Assembly (NCBI RefSeq): GCF_004010195.1
Contig: NC_057718.1
Location: 50,050,450-50,114,449 of the forward strand
Source: Chiloscyllium plagiosum
Taxonomy: Eukaryota
Reading direction: 5' to 3'
Length of the DNA: 64,000 nucleotides
Shown: positions 22,967-34,984 of the stretch, piece by piece
Numbering within the stretch: the first letter of the stretch is position 1
Layout of the letters: each line of letters opens with the position of its first letter
Translations under genes and position numbers: made by a program
The notes under the pieces: model-generated
Seen by the model: only the letters and a program-made list of their open reading frames with translations
Databases searched by the model: none
What the model was told of the DNA's origin: nothing

Positions 22967-23552
22967 GTCAGTGCTGCATGTTACATTTTTGCAGAAAATA
23001 CTCTTTGAATTGATAATTGTTGAAAACTTCATGGTTTTCTTCACAAAGAAAATATAATGTAAACATACTTAGTTGCGTCAGCATCCATCAAATGTAATAT
23101 GCACACAGTATATATAAATGTACAATTGAAATTCCCATGCTATATCAATTGCATTCACCGGCACTTTCACAACAAAGATCCTAATTAAATATGTTTGAAC
23201 TTGAATAAATAAGTTGAAAAGTTTGTCAAATTGTAATTTGCACAGTCCATTTTTACTTTCACTCCAGACTACGAATAAACACTTAATATGCAATATAATT
23301 TAAACAGTACTGACGCTTTATGTTATGTGACATACCATGAGATAATTTCTGATAGGAAAACAATTTATCAGTAAGTTTGCTCACAATAATAATTTTACTG
23401 TTGAATAAACACAATGTGAACCTATATGGGATACATTTGCAAAAATAAGGATGGAATCAATTTTTTTTCACAATCCCACCAAAAATGATGAGGAAATTCA
23501 ACAGGGAAAGAAAGGCTTCTTGGACTGTGAGGCATGCCATTAACTGACCTAC

Positions 23553-24735
23553 AGTTACAGAGCCATACAACATGGAAACAGACCTTTTAGTCCAACTCGT
23601 CCTCACTGACCAGACATCCTAATCTGACCTAGTCCCATTTGCCAACACTTGGCCCATATCCCTCTAAACCCTTCCTAATCATATACTCATCCAGATGCCT
23701 TTTAATTGTTATAATTGCACCCACCTTCACCACTTCCTATGGCAGTTCATTCTATATATGCACCACCCTCTGCATGATAATGTTACCCCTCAGGTCCTTT
23801 TTAAATCTTTCCCCTCTCATCTTAGACCTAAGTTCTCTAGTTCTGGACTCCCCCACCCCAGGGAAAAGACCTTGTCTATTTATCCTATCCATAAGGTCAC
23901 CCCTCAGACTCCGATGCTCCAAGGAAAGAAACCCCTGCCTATTCAGCCTCTCCCGATTGCTCAAACTTTCCACTGCTGGCAACATCCTTGCAAATCTTTT
24001 CTGCACCCTCTCAAGTTTAACAACATCCTTCCTACAGAAGAGTGACCACAATTATTCGCAGTAATCTAAAAGTGGCCTCACTAATGTCTTGTACAGCCGC
24101 AACATGACATCCCAACTCCTTTACGCAATGCTTTAACCAATGAAGACAAGTTTACCAAACACCTTTTTCACCACCCTATCTACCTGCGACTCCACTTTCA
24201 AGGAAGTATGCACCTGCACCCTGAGATCTCTTTGTTCAGCACCCCTAGATCTCTTTGTTTTCTTTGGCCTTCCCATTAATTCTCTAAATCTTGCCCTGGT
24301 TTGCCTTACCAAAATGCAGCACTTTACATTTATCTAAATCAAACTCTGCCCATAGGTCGATTTGATCAAAATCTTGTTGTACTCTGAGATACTTTTCTTC
24401 ACTGTCCACAACACCACCTATTTTGGTCTCATCTGCAAACTTACTAATCATACCTCTTATAATCACATCTAAATCATCTACATAAATGCTGAAAAGCATT
24501 TTCTCCTTGAACCCAGCACTGATCCTATTGGCACATCACTTTTTACAGGCCTACAGTCTGAAAAGGAAACCTCTACCATCAAACTTTGTCTCCTACCTTC
24601 AAGCCAATTTTGTATCCAATAGCCTAGCTCCCCCTGCATCCAATGCGATCTAACCTTTCTGACTAGTCCATCATGTGAAACCTTGTCAAATGCTTTAGTT
24701 AAGTCCATATAGACAATGTCTACTGCTCTGCCTTG
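23553..24735 (-). mobile_element. CR1 LINE fragment (RT to 3' end)
   Basis: VDIVYMDLTKAFDKVSH, KFADETKIGG, KLERVQKRFARMLP. Confidence 0.95.
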
Positions 24736-26197
24736 AAGATATCTCTCCTTCTGCATCTACCAGCCACATTCCTACTGTTCCTTTCTCATTTCCTATTGAT
24801 TCCTGGGATGATCATTTGGAAAGTGGCAGCAAACACTGGAAAATGATGTCACGGCCAAACCCCGTAAGTGGGCTGCTGGGTCCCTGCCCCTTTCAATTCC
24901 AGCTTACCCTTTTCTTGTTGAAGGTTTTGGTTTGGCTGAGGCTTTCAGTGGAAGCCTTAATATGGCCTTTGCAGCTCTTCTTCACCCTAAAGGCCACTTG
25001 TGTTGCCTCTTCTAGTGTGGTAGCAGTTTTGCTACTGTATTTCTGTCTGGATTTCAATGTTAGTTGGAATGAGGCTTAATTTGAATTGTTAAATTGTTTA
25101 TACGAACAAACAGTTTTGATCAAATTTACTGAATTGATTCAATAAGACTTCACTTCTCAATATATAATGTTACATCCCCATTTCAGTGGGTTTTCTCATT
25201 TGAAATAAAAAGTTGAAATCCTTTGCACTTTTCCCTACAACCAGGAAAGAACAGGCTCTGTTTTTTGGTCCAGCTCAATTTTCTGATTTTAATTTGATTA
25301 TCTGAATGTTGATAACCCTCAAGGCAGAAGCTACTAGCCTGAGATTATGTTGTCTGTACTGTTTATACGAAGGACCAACATCTGAAATGTTAACTCCTCA
25401 ATTTTCTGGACAGCTGCTACCTGACTTGTAAATTTCCTGTTTTTTTGGCAATGACTCCTGCTGAGTTTGGTTTTCTGTGAGCGCACAGCCAAATTCGGAT
25501 ACCCTCTCCCTTTTTAGAACAGGATGAGGAGGATTGGGTGAGGCAGTAGCTTGGCAATCTCAGAGATTGAGTTCAAATTGATTCAATGTGTCCTTTGCTC
25601 ACATCAAGAGTCCTAAATGAAATAAGTGCGAATATGGATCCACAATGTAAATGCCTCTTTGATATTAGGCACAGTCACCAAAACAAATCTAAAGAGTCCA
25701 TGGTGTCTAAAATGAGAATAAACAATACATTGGCATTTATTAGTGTTAAATCACATTGTTGAGGCAAAGTAGATAAAACTTTATTCTATATCTAGCAACA
25801 GTGTACTTTAGCTGGGCATTCTTGAATTGTAAAATAGAAACAATTAAAGTCTTCAGCAGCAATGTTCTGATTTTAATTAGCAAATAACTAAATAAATCCA
25901 AATTTGCATTGCGATGGCCGGGAGTAAGCATAAATAATTATGAAATGATAACTATCTTAGGAAAATAAAATAGATAGATTTGAATAATCTACTTCTTAAA
26001 GCAGTTGCAACAGCATGGACTATGCTTTAAGAATTGTCAATACTCATGTAAATAATGATGCTGGCTGCTGTTAGTTCCAAAATAAGTAATAGAATGGTGC
26101 AGCATTTTGTGCTTACTATGTAACTTCTATGCAGTTCATAGGAAACTAAGTGATAAGTTAGATATGCAAGCCTAATTCAAGTAATCAGATTTGTTTT

Positions 26198-26512
26198 GCA
26201 CAGTGGCTCCATGGTTAGCACAGTGATAGGGACCTGGGTTCAATTCCTGCCTCAGGCAACTCTCTGTGTGGAGTTTGTACATTCTCCCTGTGTCTGCATG
26301 GGTTTCCTCTGGGTGCTCCGGTTTCCTCCCACAGTCCAAAGATGTGCAGGTTAGGTGAATTGGCCATGCTAAATTGCCCATTGTGTTAGGTGCATTAGTC
26401 AGGGGCAAATGTAGGGGAATGGGTGTGGGTGGGTTGCTCTTTGGAGGGTTGGTGTGGGCTTTTTGGGCTGCAGGGCCTGTTTCCACACTGTAGGTAATCT
26501 AATCTAATCTAA
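26198..26512 (+). mobile_element. HE1-like SINE with (AATCT)n tail
   Basis: tRNA-like head, internal deletion, tail gtttccacactgtaggtaatctaatctaatct. Confidence 0.9.
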
Positions 26513-26699
26513 TTCAAAATGTTGATGATGCAATTAACACTAAAATTGGTTAAAGTTATTTCTGAGATTCGTTATGAACTTGTTCTGCAGAGAAATGATA
26601 ACCATTTAAATTTCAATTTTTGCAGATCTGACAAAACAAATTCAGTAAATGCCATGAGAGCAAATTTTTCTGGTTGTTTTATATTAACAACATCATAAA

Positions 26700-27045
26700 C
26701 AAAACATAAAAGATAGGAGCTGCAATAGGCCAATCAACCCCTCGAACCTGCTCCACCATTCAATATGATCATTCAGCTCAATACCCTAATCCAACCATCC
26801 CCCCACAACTCTTAATCTCTTTTAGCCACAACAGCTATATTCACCACTTTGTTGAAAACACATAATATTTGGCCTTAATCACTTTCTGTGGTAGTGGTTT
26901 CCACAGACTCACCACTGTCATAGAAAGACTGGAAGAACGACGGGTGCTGGAAATCAGAAAGAAATTGGCAGAATATCTCAGTGGGTCAGGCAGCATCTGT
27001 AGAGAGAGATCAAAGTTAATGTCTTGGCTCCAGTGACCCTTCTTG
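26700..27045 (-). mobile_element. CR1 3' end fragment followed by a PLE fragment
   Basis: 26700-26920 is a CR1 tail variant. 26925-27045 reads 'gtgctggaaatcag...ggtcaggcagcatctgtagagagag'. Confidence 0.65.
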
Positions 27046-27692
27046 AGAATTGTCATAGAAAGCACGCTTATTGCAAAATTTAAAAGCTTGAAGCCTTGGC
27101 AGTCTAAATCATGGCTGCCAATTGTGGAGGGATGATAATTGGAATGTTTACAAAAAAAAAGTACAAAGAAAATTACAGCACAGGAACAGGTCCTTCGGCC
27201 CACCAAGCCTGCACCAATCCAGATCCTCTATCTAAACCTGCCACCTATTTTCTAAGGACCTGTATAACCCTCTGCTCCCTGCCCATTCATGTATCTGTTT
27301 AGATACATTTTAAATGATGCTACTGTGCCCGCCTCTACCACTTCCCTGGGCAATGCATTCCAGATACCCACCACCCACTGTGTAAAGAACTTGTCACGCA
27401 TATCTCCCTTGAAACTTTCCCCTCTCACTGTGAACTCGTGACTCCAAGTAATTGAATTCCCCCCTTTGGGAAAAAGCTTCTTGCTGCCCACCCTGCCTAT
27501 ACCTCTCATGATTTTGTAGACCTCATTCAAGTCCCCCTCAACCTCTGTCTTTCTAATGCATGTAATCCTCAACTACTCAACCTCTCTTCATAGCTAGCAC
27601 CCTCCAGGCAACATCCTGGTAAACCTCCTCTGCACCGTCTCCAAAGCATTAGCATCCTTTTGGTAATGTGGTGACCAGAACTGTATGCAGTT

Positions 27693-27866
27693 CAGAGGAA
27701 GCTCAATTATTTGACATTCAATTATCTGAATATCGGATTATCTGGCAAGATCACAAAGTCCCGATGCTTGGTTAACCTACGTTATCGGGCGTTTGATTAT
27801 CTGGAATTCGATTAACGGATCAAAATATTCCCCACTCTTGTCCTTCAGATAATCAATGTTCCTCTG
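27693..27866. mobile_element. Tc1/mariner-pogo (Tigger-like) MITE
   Basis: Imperfect TIRs CAGAGGAAGCTCAATTAT...ATAATCAATGTTCCTCTG; TA on the right and TT on the left. Interrupts the CR1 at 'ctgtatgcagt|attccaaa'. Confidence 0.8.
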
Positions 27867-28225
27867 TATTCCAAATGTGGCCGAACCAAAGTCTTACACA
27901 ACTGTAATATGACCTTGTGCTCAATACCCCATTGGATGAAGGAAAGCATCCCATATGCCTTCTTGACCAGTCTATTGACCTGAATTGCACCTTTAATACA
28001 CAATGGAGCTGAACACCCAGATCTCTCTGCACATTAATTTTCCCCTAGACTTTTCCATTTACTGTTTAGTTCACTCTTGAGTTGGATCTTCCAAATTGCA
28101 TCACTTTGCATTTGGATTGAACTCCAAATGCCATTTCTTTGCCCAACTCTCCAATCTATTCTGTTGTATTCTCTGACAGTCCCCTTCACTATCCGCTACT
28201 CCACCAATCTTAGTATCATCTGAAA

Positions 28226-28454
28226 ACTTGCTGATCAGACCACCTATGCCTTCCTCCAGATCATTTATGTATATCACAATCAACAGTCGTCCTAATATGG
28301 ATCCCTGTGGAACACCACTGGTCACAGTTCTCCATTTTGAGACTTGCTGATCAGACCACCTATGCCTTCCTCCAGATCATTTATGTATATCACAATCAAC
28401 AGTCGTCCTAATATGGATCCCTGTGGATCCCTGGTCACAGTTCTCCATTTTGAG
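28226..28454. repeat. Tandem duplication (116 + 113 bp) within the CR1
   Basis: acttgctgatcagacc...ttctccattttgag occurs twice back to back. Confidence 0.95.
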
Positions 28455-29492
28455 AAACTCACTTCCACTACAACTCACTGTCTCCTGTGGCCCAGCTAGT
28501 TCTTTAGCCAATCAGCTAGTACACCCTGGACATCATGCGAATTCACTTTCTCCATCAGCCTACCATGGGGAAACTTATCAAATGCCTTACTGAAGTCCAT
28601 GTATGTGACATCTACAACCCTCCCCCCTTCAATCAACTTTGTCACTTCCTCAAAGAATTCTATTAAGTTGGCAAGACATCACCTTCCGTGCACAAAACCT
28701 TGTTGCCTATCACTGATAAGCCCATTTTCTTCCAAATAGGAATAGATCCTATCTCTCACTATCTCCTCCAGTAGCTTCCCTACCACTAACTTCAGGTTCA
28801 CCGGTCTATAATAATCTGGATTATCCCTGCTACCCTTCTTAAACACGGGGACAATATTAGCAATTCTCCGGTCCTCCGAGACCTCACCCATGTTTAAAGA
28901 TGCTGCAAAGGTATCTGTTAAAGCCCCAGCTATTTCCTCTCTCACTTCCCTCAGTAACCTGGGATAGATCCCAAGCGGACCTGGGGACTTGTCCACCTTG
29001 ATGCCTTTTAGAATACACAACATTTCCTCCCTCCTTATGCCAACTTGACCTAGAGTAATCAAACATCTATCCCTCATCTCAACATCCGTCATGTCCATCT
29101 CCTCGATGAATACTGATGCAAAGTACTCATTAAGAATCTCACCCATTTCTCTAACACCATGCATAACTTTTCTCCTTTGTCCTTGAGTGGCCAATCCTTT
29201 CTCTCGTTACCCTCTAGCTCCTTATATCTGAATAAAAAGCTTTGGGATTTTCCTTAACCCTGTTGACTAAAGGATTCTGGGTAACCCAAGATGGAGGATG
29301 GGAAAATATTCTGGCTGTAACAGCTGCTCCTTTATTGAGGTATTTTAGGTGTAGGAAGTGAATTCCAGGAGCAGTAATTACTGTTTTATATGCTATTGCA
29401 TTGTTTTGGAACTTTGGGAAAAAAATTCAAAACAACAGCAGTTTTAAAAGGGAGAAGATCAGACAAAGGAAGCACATGGTGAGGTCAGTGCA

Positions 29493-29527
29493 GGAGAGAG
29501 AGAGAAAGAAAGAAAGAAAGAAAGAAA
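29493..29527. repeat. (GA)n/(GAAA)n microsatellite in the CR1 5'UTR
   Basis: gagagagagagaaagaaagaaagaaagaaagaaa. Confidence 0.9.
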
Positions 29528-30457
29528 CTGACACTGCCTTTGCTGTTTGAATTCATTTATCGCTGGACATCGGAGTGCATCTAGGAAAATTAACAGTGAA
29601 TTTCACGACTAATCTTGGAGGAACAGTTTGGGAGAAGTTCACAGCACAGAATCAGATAATTTAATTGTTTTAAGTTGCTTACAGAAAGTCTCAGTAGTGA
29701 GTAGAGTGGGTTCTTTCTTGATTATATGTTTTTTGAGATATGTCTCTTGTTTAAACTTAAAATATAAGCCATAATTATTAATCTAACCCAGGGCAGTGTT
29801 TTGTAAAGGAAAAAGACGGTGTTATTTTCTGGGTCTGTAGATTGTGAAGGAGCAAAAATGGCCTTCAGCAGAGTGAAATGTGCTTCTTGTCAGATGTGGG
29901 AGTTCAAAGAGAGTTTAAGGGTTACTGTGGATTATATCTGCCATAAATGCTGTTGGCTGCGAATCTTATCAGATTGAATGGATCGGTTGGAGAGACAGTT
30001 AGAAGTAATGAGGAATTTTCAACAGCAACAGTATGTGATGGATGGCAGTTATAGGAAGGGGGTAAAGTCTCAGATACAGTCACATAGATGGGTTAACTCC
30101 AGGAAATGTAAGAGAGGTAGGCACCTTGTGCAGGTGTGTTCTGTGGCTATCCCCATATCAAACAAGTATGCTGCTTTGGAAAATGTAGGGGGTGATGGAT
30201 TCTCAGGGGAACGTATAATGAACAACCAAGTTTCTGGCTCTCATGCAATGAGGTGTAAATTGGGTTCCAAGAGATCAGTTGTGTTAGGGGATTCTCTAGT
30301 CTGAGGTACAGACAGACATTTCTGTGGCCAGCAGCAAAAAAGCAGAATGGTGTGTTGCTTCCCTGGTGCCAGGATCAAGGATGTCTCAGAGAGGGTGCAG
30401 AATGTTCTCAAGGGGGAGAGGGGCCAACAAGAAGTCATTGTCCACATTGGAACCAAC

Positions 30458-30600
30458 NNNNNNNNNNNNNNNNNNNNNNNNNNNNNNNNNNNNNNNNNNN
30501 NNNNNNNNNNNNNNNNNNNNNNNNNNNNNNNNNNNNNNNNNNNNNNNNNNNNNNNNNNNNNNNNNNNNNNNNNNNNNNNNNNNNNNNNNNNNNNNNNNNN
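30458..30600. other. Assembly gap (143 N)
   Basis: Run of N inside CR1 ORF1. Confidence 1.
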
Positions 30601-33521
30601 CCAGGGAGACAGTGAGGAAAGAGATCAATCTGAGACTGGTACAGTTGAGAACAGAAGTGAGTCAAATAGTCAGGGCAGGCAGGGACAGAGTAGGACTAAT
30701 AAATTAAACTGCATTTATTTCAATGCAAGGGGCCTAACGGGGAAGGCAGATGAACTCAGGGCATGGTTAGGAACATGGGACTGGGATATCATAGCAATTA
30801 CAGAAACATGGCTCAGGGATGGGCAGGACTGGCAGCTTAATTTTCCAGGGTACAAATGCTACATGAAGGATAGAAAAGGAGGCAAGAGAGGAGGGGGAGT
30901 GGCGTTTATGATAAGGGATAGCATTACAGCTATGCTGAGGGAGGATATTCCTGGAAATACATCCAGGGAAATTATTTGGGTGAAACTAAGAAATAAGAAA
31001 GGGATGATCGCCTTATTGGGATTGTATTATAGACCCCCGAATAGTCAGAGGGAAATTGAGAAACAAACTTGTAAGGAGATCTCAGCTATCTGTAAGAATA
31101 ATAGGGTAGTTATGCCAGCGGCTTTTAACTTTCCAAACATAGACTGGGACGGCCATAGTGTTAAGGGTTTAGATGGAGAGGAATTTGTTAAGTGTGTGCA
31201 AGAAAATTTTCTAACTCAGTATGTGGATGTACCTACTAAAGAAGGTGCAAAATTCTACCTATTCTTGGGAAATAAGGCAGGGCAGGTGACTGAGGTGTCA
31301 GTGGGGGAGTGGTGATGGAAAAGGATAGACCAGGTCTAAAAGTTGAAGTTCTAAATTGGAGAAAGGCTTATTTTGACGTTATTAGGCAAGAACTTTCGAA
31401 AGCTGATTGGGGACAGATGTTCACAGTAAAGTGACGACTGGAAAATGGGAAGCCTTCAGGAATGAGATAACGAGAATACAGAGAAAGTATATTCCTGTTA
31501 GGGTGAAAGGAAAGGCTGGTAGGTGTAGGGAATGCTGGATGACTAAAGAAATTGAGGGTTTGTTTAAAAAAAAGAAGGAATCATGTGTAAGGTATAGACA
31601 GGATAGATGAAGTGAACCCTTAGAAGAGTATAAAGGCAGTAGGAGTATACTTAAGAGGGAAATGAGGAGGGCAAAAAGGGGCCATGAGATAGCTTTGGCA
31701 AATAGAATTAAGGAGAATCCAAAGTTTTTTTCACAAATACTTTAAGGACAAAAGGGTAACTAGGGAGAGAATAGGGCCCCTCAAAAATCAACAAGGCAGC
31801 CTTTGTATGGAGCCGCAGAAAATGGGTGAGATACTAAACGAGTGTTTTGCATCAGTATTTACTGTGGAAAAGGATATGGAGGGTATAGAATGTATGGAAA
31901 TAGATGGTAACACCTTGCAAAATGTCCGTATTACAGAGGAGGAAGTGCTGGATGTCTTGAAACACATAAAGGTGGATGAATCCCCAGGACCTGATCAGGT
32001 GTACCCTAGAACTCAGTGGGAAGCTAGAGAAATGATTGTTGGGCCTCTTGCTGAGATATTTGTATCATCGATAGTCACAGGTGAGGTGCTGGAAGACTGG
32101 AGGTTGGCTAATGTAGTGCCACTGTTTAAGAAGGGCGGTAAAGACAAGCCAGGGAACTATAGACCAGTGAGCCAGATGTCGGTGGTGGGCAAGTTGTTGG
32201 AGGGAATCCTGAGGGACAGGATGTACATGTATTTGGAAAGGCAAGGACTGATTAGAGAAATGTGCGTGGTAAATCATGTCTCACAAACTTGATTGACTTT
32301 TTTGAGGAAGTAATAAAGAGGATTGATGAGGGCAGCGCAGTAGATGTGATCTATATGGACTTCAGGAAAGGGTTCAACTGGTTAGCAAAGTTAGATCTCA
32401 TGGAATACAGGGAGAACTAGCCATTTGGATACGGAACTGGCTCAAAGGTAGAAGCCAGAAGGTGGTGTGGAGGGTTGTTTTTCAGTCTGGAGGCCTGTGA
32501 CCAATGGAATGCCACAAGCATCGGTGCTGGGTCCTCTACCTTTTTGTCATTTGCATAAATGATTTGGATGCGAGCATAAAAGGTACAGTTAGTAAGTTTG
32601 CAGGTGACACCAAAATTGGAGGTTTAGAGGACAGCAAAGAGGGTTACCTCAGATTACAACAAGATCTTGACCAGATGGGCCAATGGGCTTAGAAGTGGCG
32701 GATGGAGTTCAATTTAGATAAATGCGAGGTGCTGCATTTTGGGAAAGCAAATCTTAGCAGGACTTATACACTTAATGGTAAGGTCCTATGGAGTTTTGCT
32801 AAACAAAGAGACCTTGGAGTGCAGGTTCATAGCTCCTTGAAAGTGGAATTGCAGGTAGATAGTATAGTGAAGAAGGCGTTTGATATGCTTTCCTTTATTG
32901 GTCAGAGTATTGAGTACAGGAGTTGGGAGGTCATGTTGCGGCTGTACAGGACATTGGTTCGGCCAGTGTTAGATTATTGTGTGCAATTCTGGTCTCCTTC
33001 CTATCGGAAAGATGTTGTGAGACTTGAAAGGGTTCAGAAAAGATTTACAAGGATGTTGCCAGGGTTGGAGGATTTGAGCTACAGGGAGAGGTTGAACAAG
33101 CTGGGGCTTTGTTCGCTGGAGCGTTGGAGGTTGAGGGGTGACCTTATAGAGGTTTACAAAATTATTGAGGGGCATGGATAGGATAAATAGACAAAGTCCT
33201 TTTCCTGGGGTCAGGGAGTCCAGAATTAGAGGGCATAGGTTTAGGGTGAGAGGGGAAAAATATAAGATAGATCTCAGGGGCAACTTTTTCACGCAGAGGG
33301 TGGTACGTGTATGGAATAAGCTGCCAGAGGAAGTGGTGGAGGCTGGTTCAATTGCAACATTTAAGAGACATTTGGATGGGTATATGAATAAGAAGGGTTT
33401 GGAGAGATATGGGCCAGGTGCTGGCAGGTGGGACTAGATTGGATTGGGATATCTGGTTGGTACGGATGGGTTGGACTGAAGGGTCTGTTTCCATGCTGTA
33501 CATCTCTATGATTCTATGACT

Positions 33522-33905
33522 CTATGACCCCATTTAACCTTCTTAATTCATCATTTCAGATTGGTCCTACATTCCCAATGTTCTTCCAAAACTTCATCTG
33601 TCTTCAGTCATTTCGACCTTAAGTATGCTTCCTTTCTCCTCTTCGTTCATCACACAATTTCACTTGTCATCCTTGCTTCCTTATCTTGCCATTTCTATTC
33701 CTCATTTTCACAGGATCATGTCTCTCCTGAACTCTATCAATGTTTCTTTAAAAGTCTCCAACATATCAAATGTGGATTTATCTTCAAACAGCTGCTCCCA
33801 ATCTACACTCCCCGGGTCTTGCCGAAATTTGGTATAATTGGCCTTCCCCCAACTTAGCACTCCTCCTTTAGGACCACTCTCACCTTTTGTCGATGAGTAT
33901 TCTAA
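33522..33905 (-). mobile_element. Upstream continuation of the 27160-29271 CR1
   Basis: 'gacccatttaaccttcttaattcatcatttcagattggtcctac' continues the EN-RT linker broken at 29271. Confidence 0.75.
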
Positions 33906-34004
33906 TTCTTACAAAAATGTGACCACTATACAAAGCTGAAATTGGAGGAGCACAGATTTCTTGGAGACCATGCGGCTAGAGGAAATTACAGCTATAGAAC
34001 ATCA

Positions 34005-34640
34005 GTCATCATCATCATTGACAGTTTCTGACAGGCAAAAATGACTCTCTTCCACTCTCAGGTGAGTCTAAAGGTGGCTGTATGGACTGATGAAGTTTCT
34101 GCAGATCCAGTCATACTTGGAGGCCAGAAGGTGGTTGTGGGAAGGGATAATAATAAGAGAGATCTTATTATTATTTCCTATTAAAACCTCTGGCCAAATT
34201 TTCTCTGATAACTTACACGTTCAACATTTGACTGGCTTCACACAAGACTATGCCAGGCACTGATTTTGAAGCTACAGCTTTTCTGCAGCAGTCCTCCTTG
34301 TAAAACAGCAGATTTTGACATTAAAAGTAAATTAATATCAATATTTCATTGTCCTGATCCATCCTCATTGTAATTAATGTCATAAGTTATTCGTTTCTGT
34401 ATAATAGTCCTTCAATCCTTATCAGTAACCGATGATCCTTGTTCATAATCCCTCTATCGTCTCACTGTTATTCAACCCTAATCCAAACCAAGGTGGTTGA
34501 TGCCTCCCTGGATGCTCCTCTGCTACTTTGGACAGGCTTGGACCAGTGATTCACAGGTGTCGTTGTGGGAATGCCGCACCTCACCAAGGAGGCTTTGACG
34601 GTATCCATGAAGCATTTCTTCCATTCATACGGGATTCCCC
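34005..34640 (-). mobile_element. RTE-clade LINE 3' fragment interrupted by the inverted duplication
   Basis: Spacer encodes KKCFMDTVKASLVRCGIPT/DTCESLVQACPK*QRSIQGGINHL. Left flank encodes KYDWICRNFISPYSHL*TH (decayed C2H2 finger) followed by an (ATG)n tail. Confidence 0.75.
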
Positions 34641-34984
34641 TGCTGTTTCAGTTTGGATTAGGGTTGAATAACAGTGAGACGATAGAGGGATTATGAACAA
34701 GGATCATCGGTTACTGATAAGGATTGAAGGACTATTATACAGAAACGAATAACTTATGACATTAATTACAATGAGGATGGATCAGGACAATGAAATATTG
34801 ATATTAATTTACTTTTAATGTCAAAATCTGCTGTTTTACAAGGAGGACTGCTGCAGAAAAGCTGTAGCTTCAAAATCAGTGCCTGGCATAGTCTTGTGTG
34901 AAGCCAGTCAAATGTTGAACGTGTAAGTTATCAGAGAAAATTTGGCCAGAGGTTTTAATAGGAAATAATAATAAGATCTCTCTT
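34155..34984. repeat. Inverted repeat: 334-bp arms (34155-34488, 34651-34984), 162-bp spacer
   Basis: Base-by-base reverse-complement comparison showed no mismatch. Confidence 0.95.

Larger units (their letters stand above)
27160..29271 (-). mobile_element. CR1 LINE (variant subfamily), 3' part; continues at 33522-33905
   Basis: LNEYFASVF, DKSPGP, YRPVNL, SGVPQGSILG, KFSDDTKIGG. Confidence 0.95.
29272..33525 (+). mobile_element. Near full-length CR1 LINE (HER1-like), disabled
   Basis: 5'UTR homologous to that at 60498. ORF1 from ATG 29858 with CxxC..CxxC and SGNH esterase motifs (VLGDS, FPGA, HIGTN). ORF2 with YFNARG, IAITETWL, YYRPP and RT motifs. (CTATGA)n-type tail. Confidence 0.95.

Noticed and set aside
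30324..30707. ORFs spanning the N-run
   Set aside because: Artefacts of the assembly gap.
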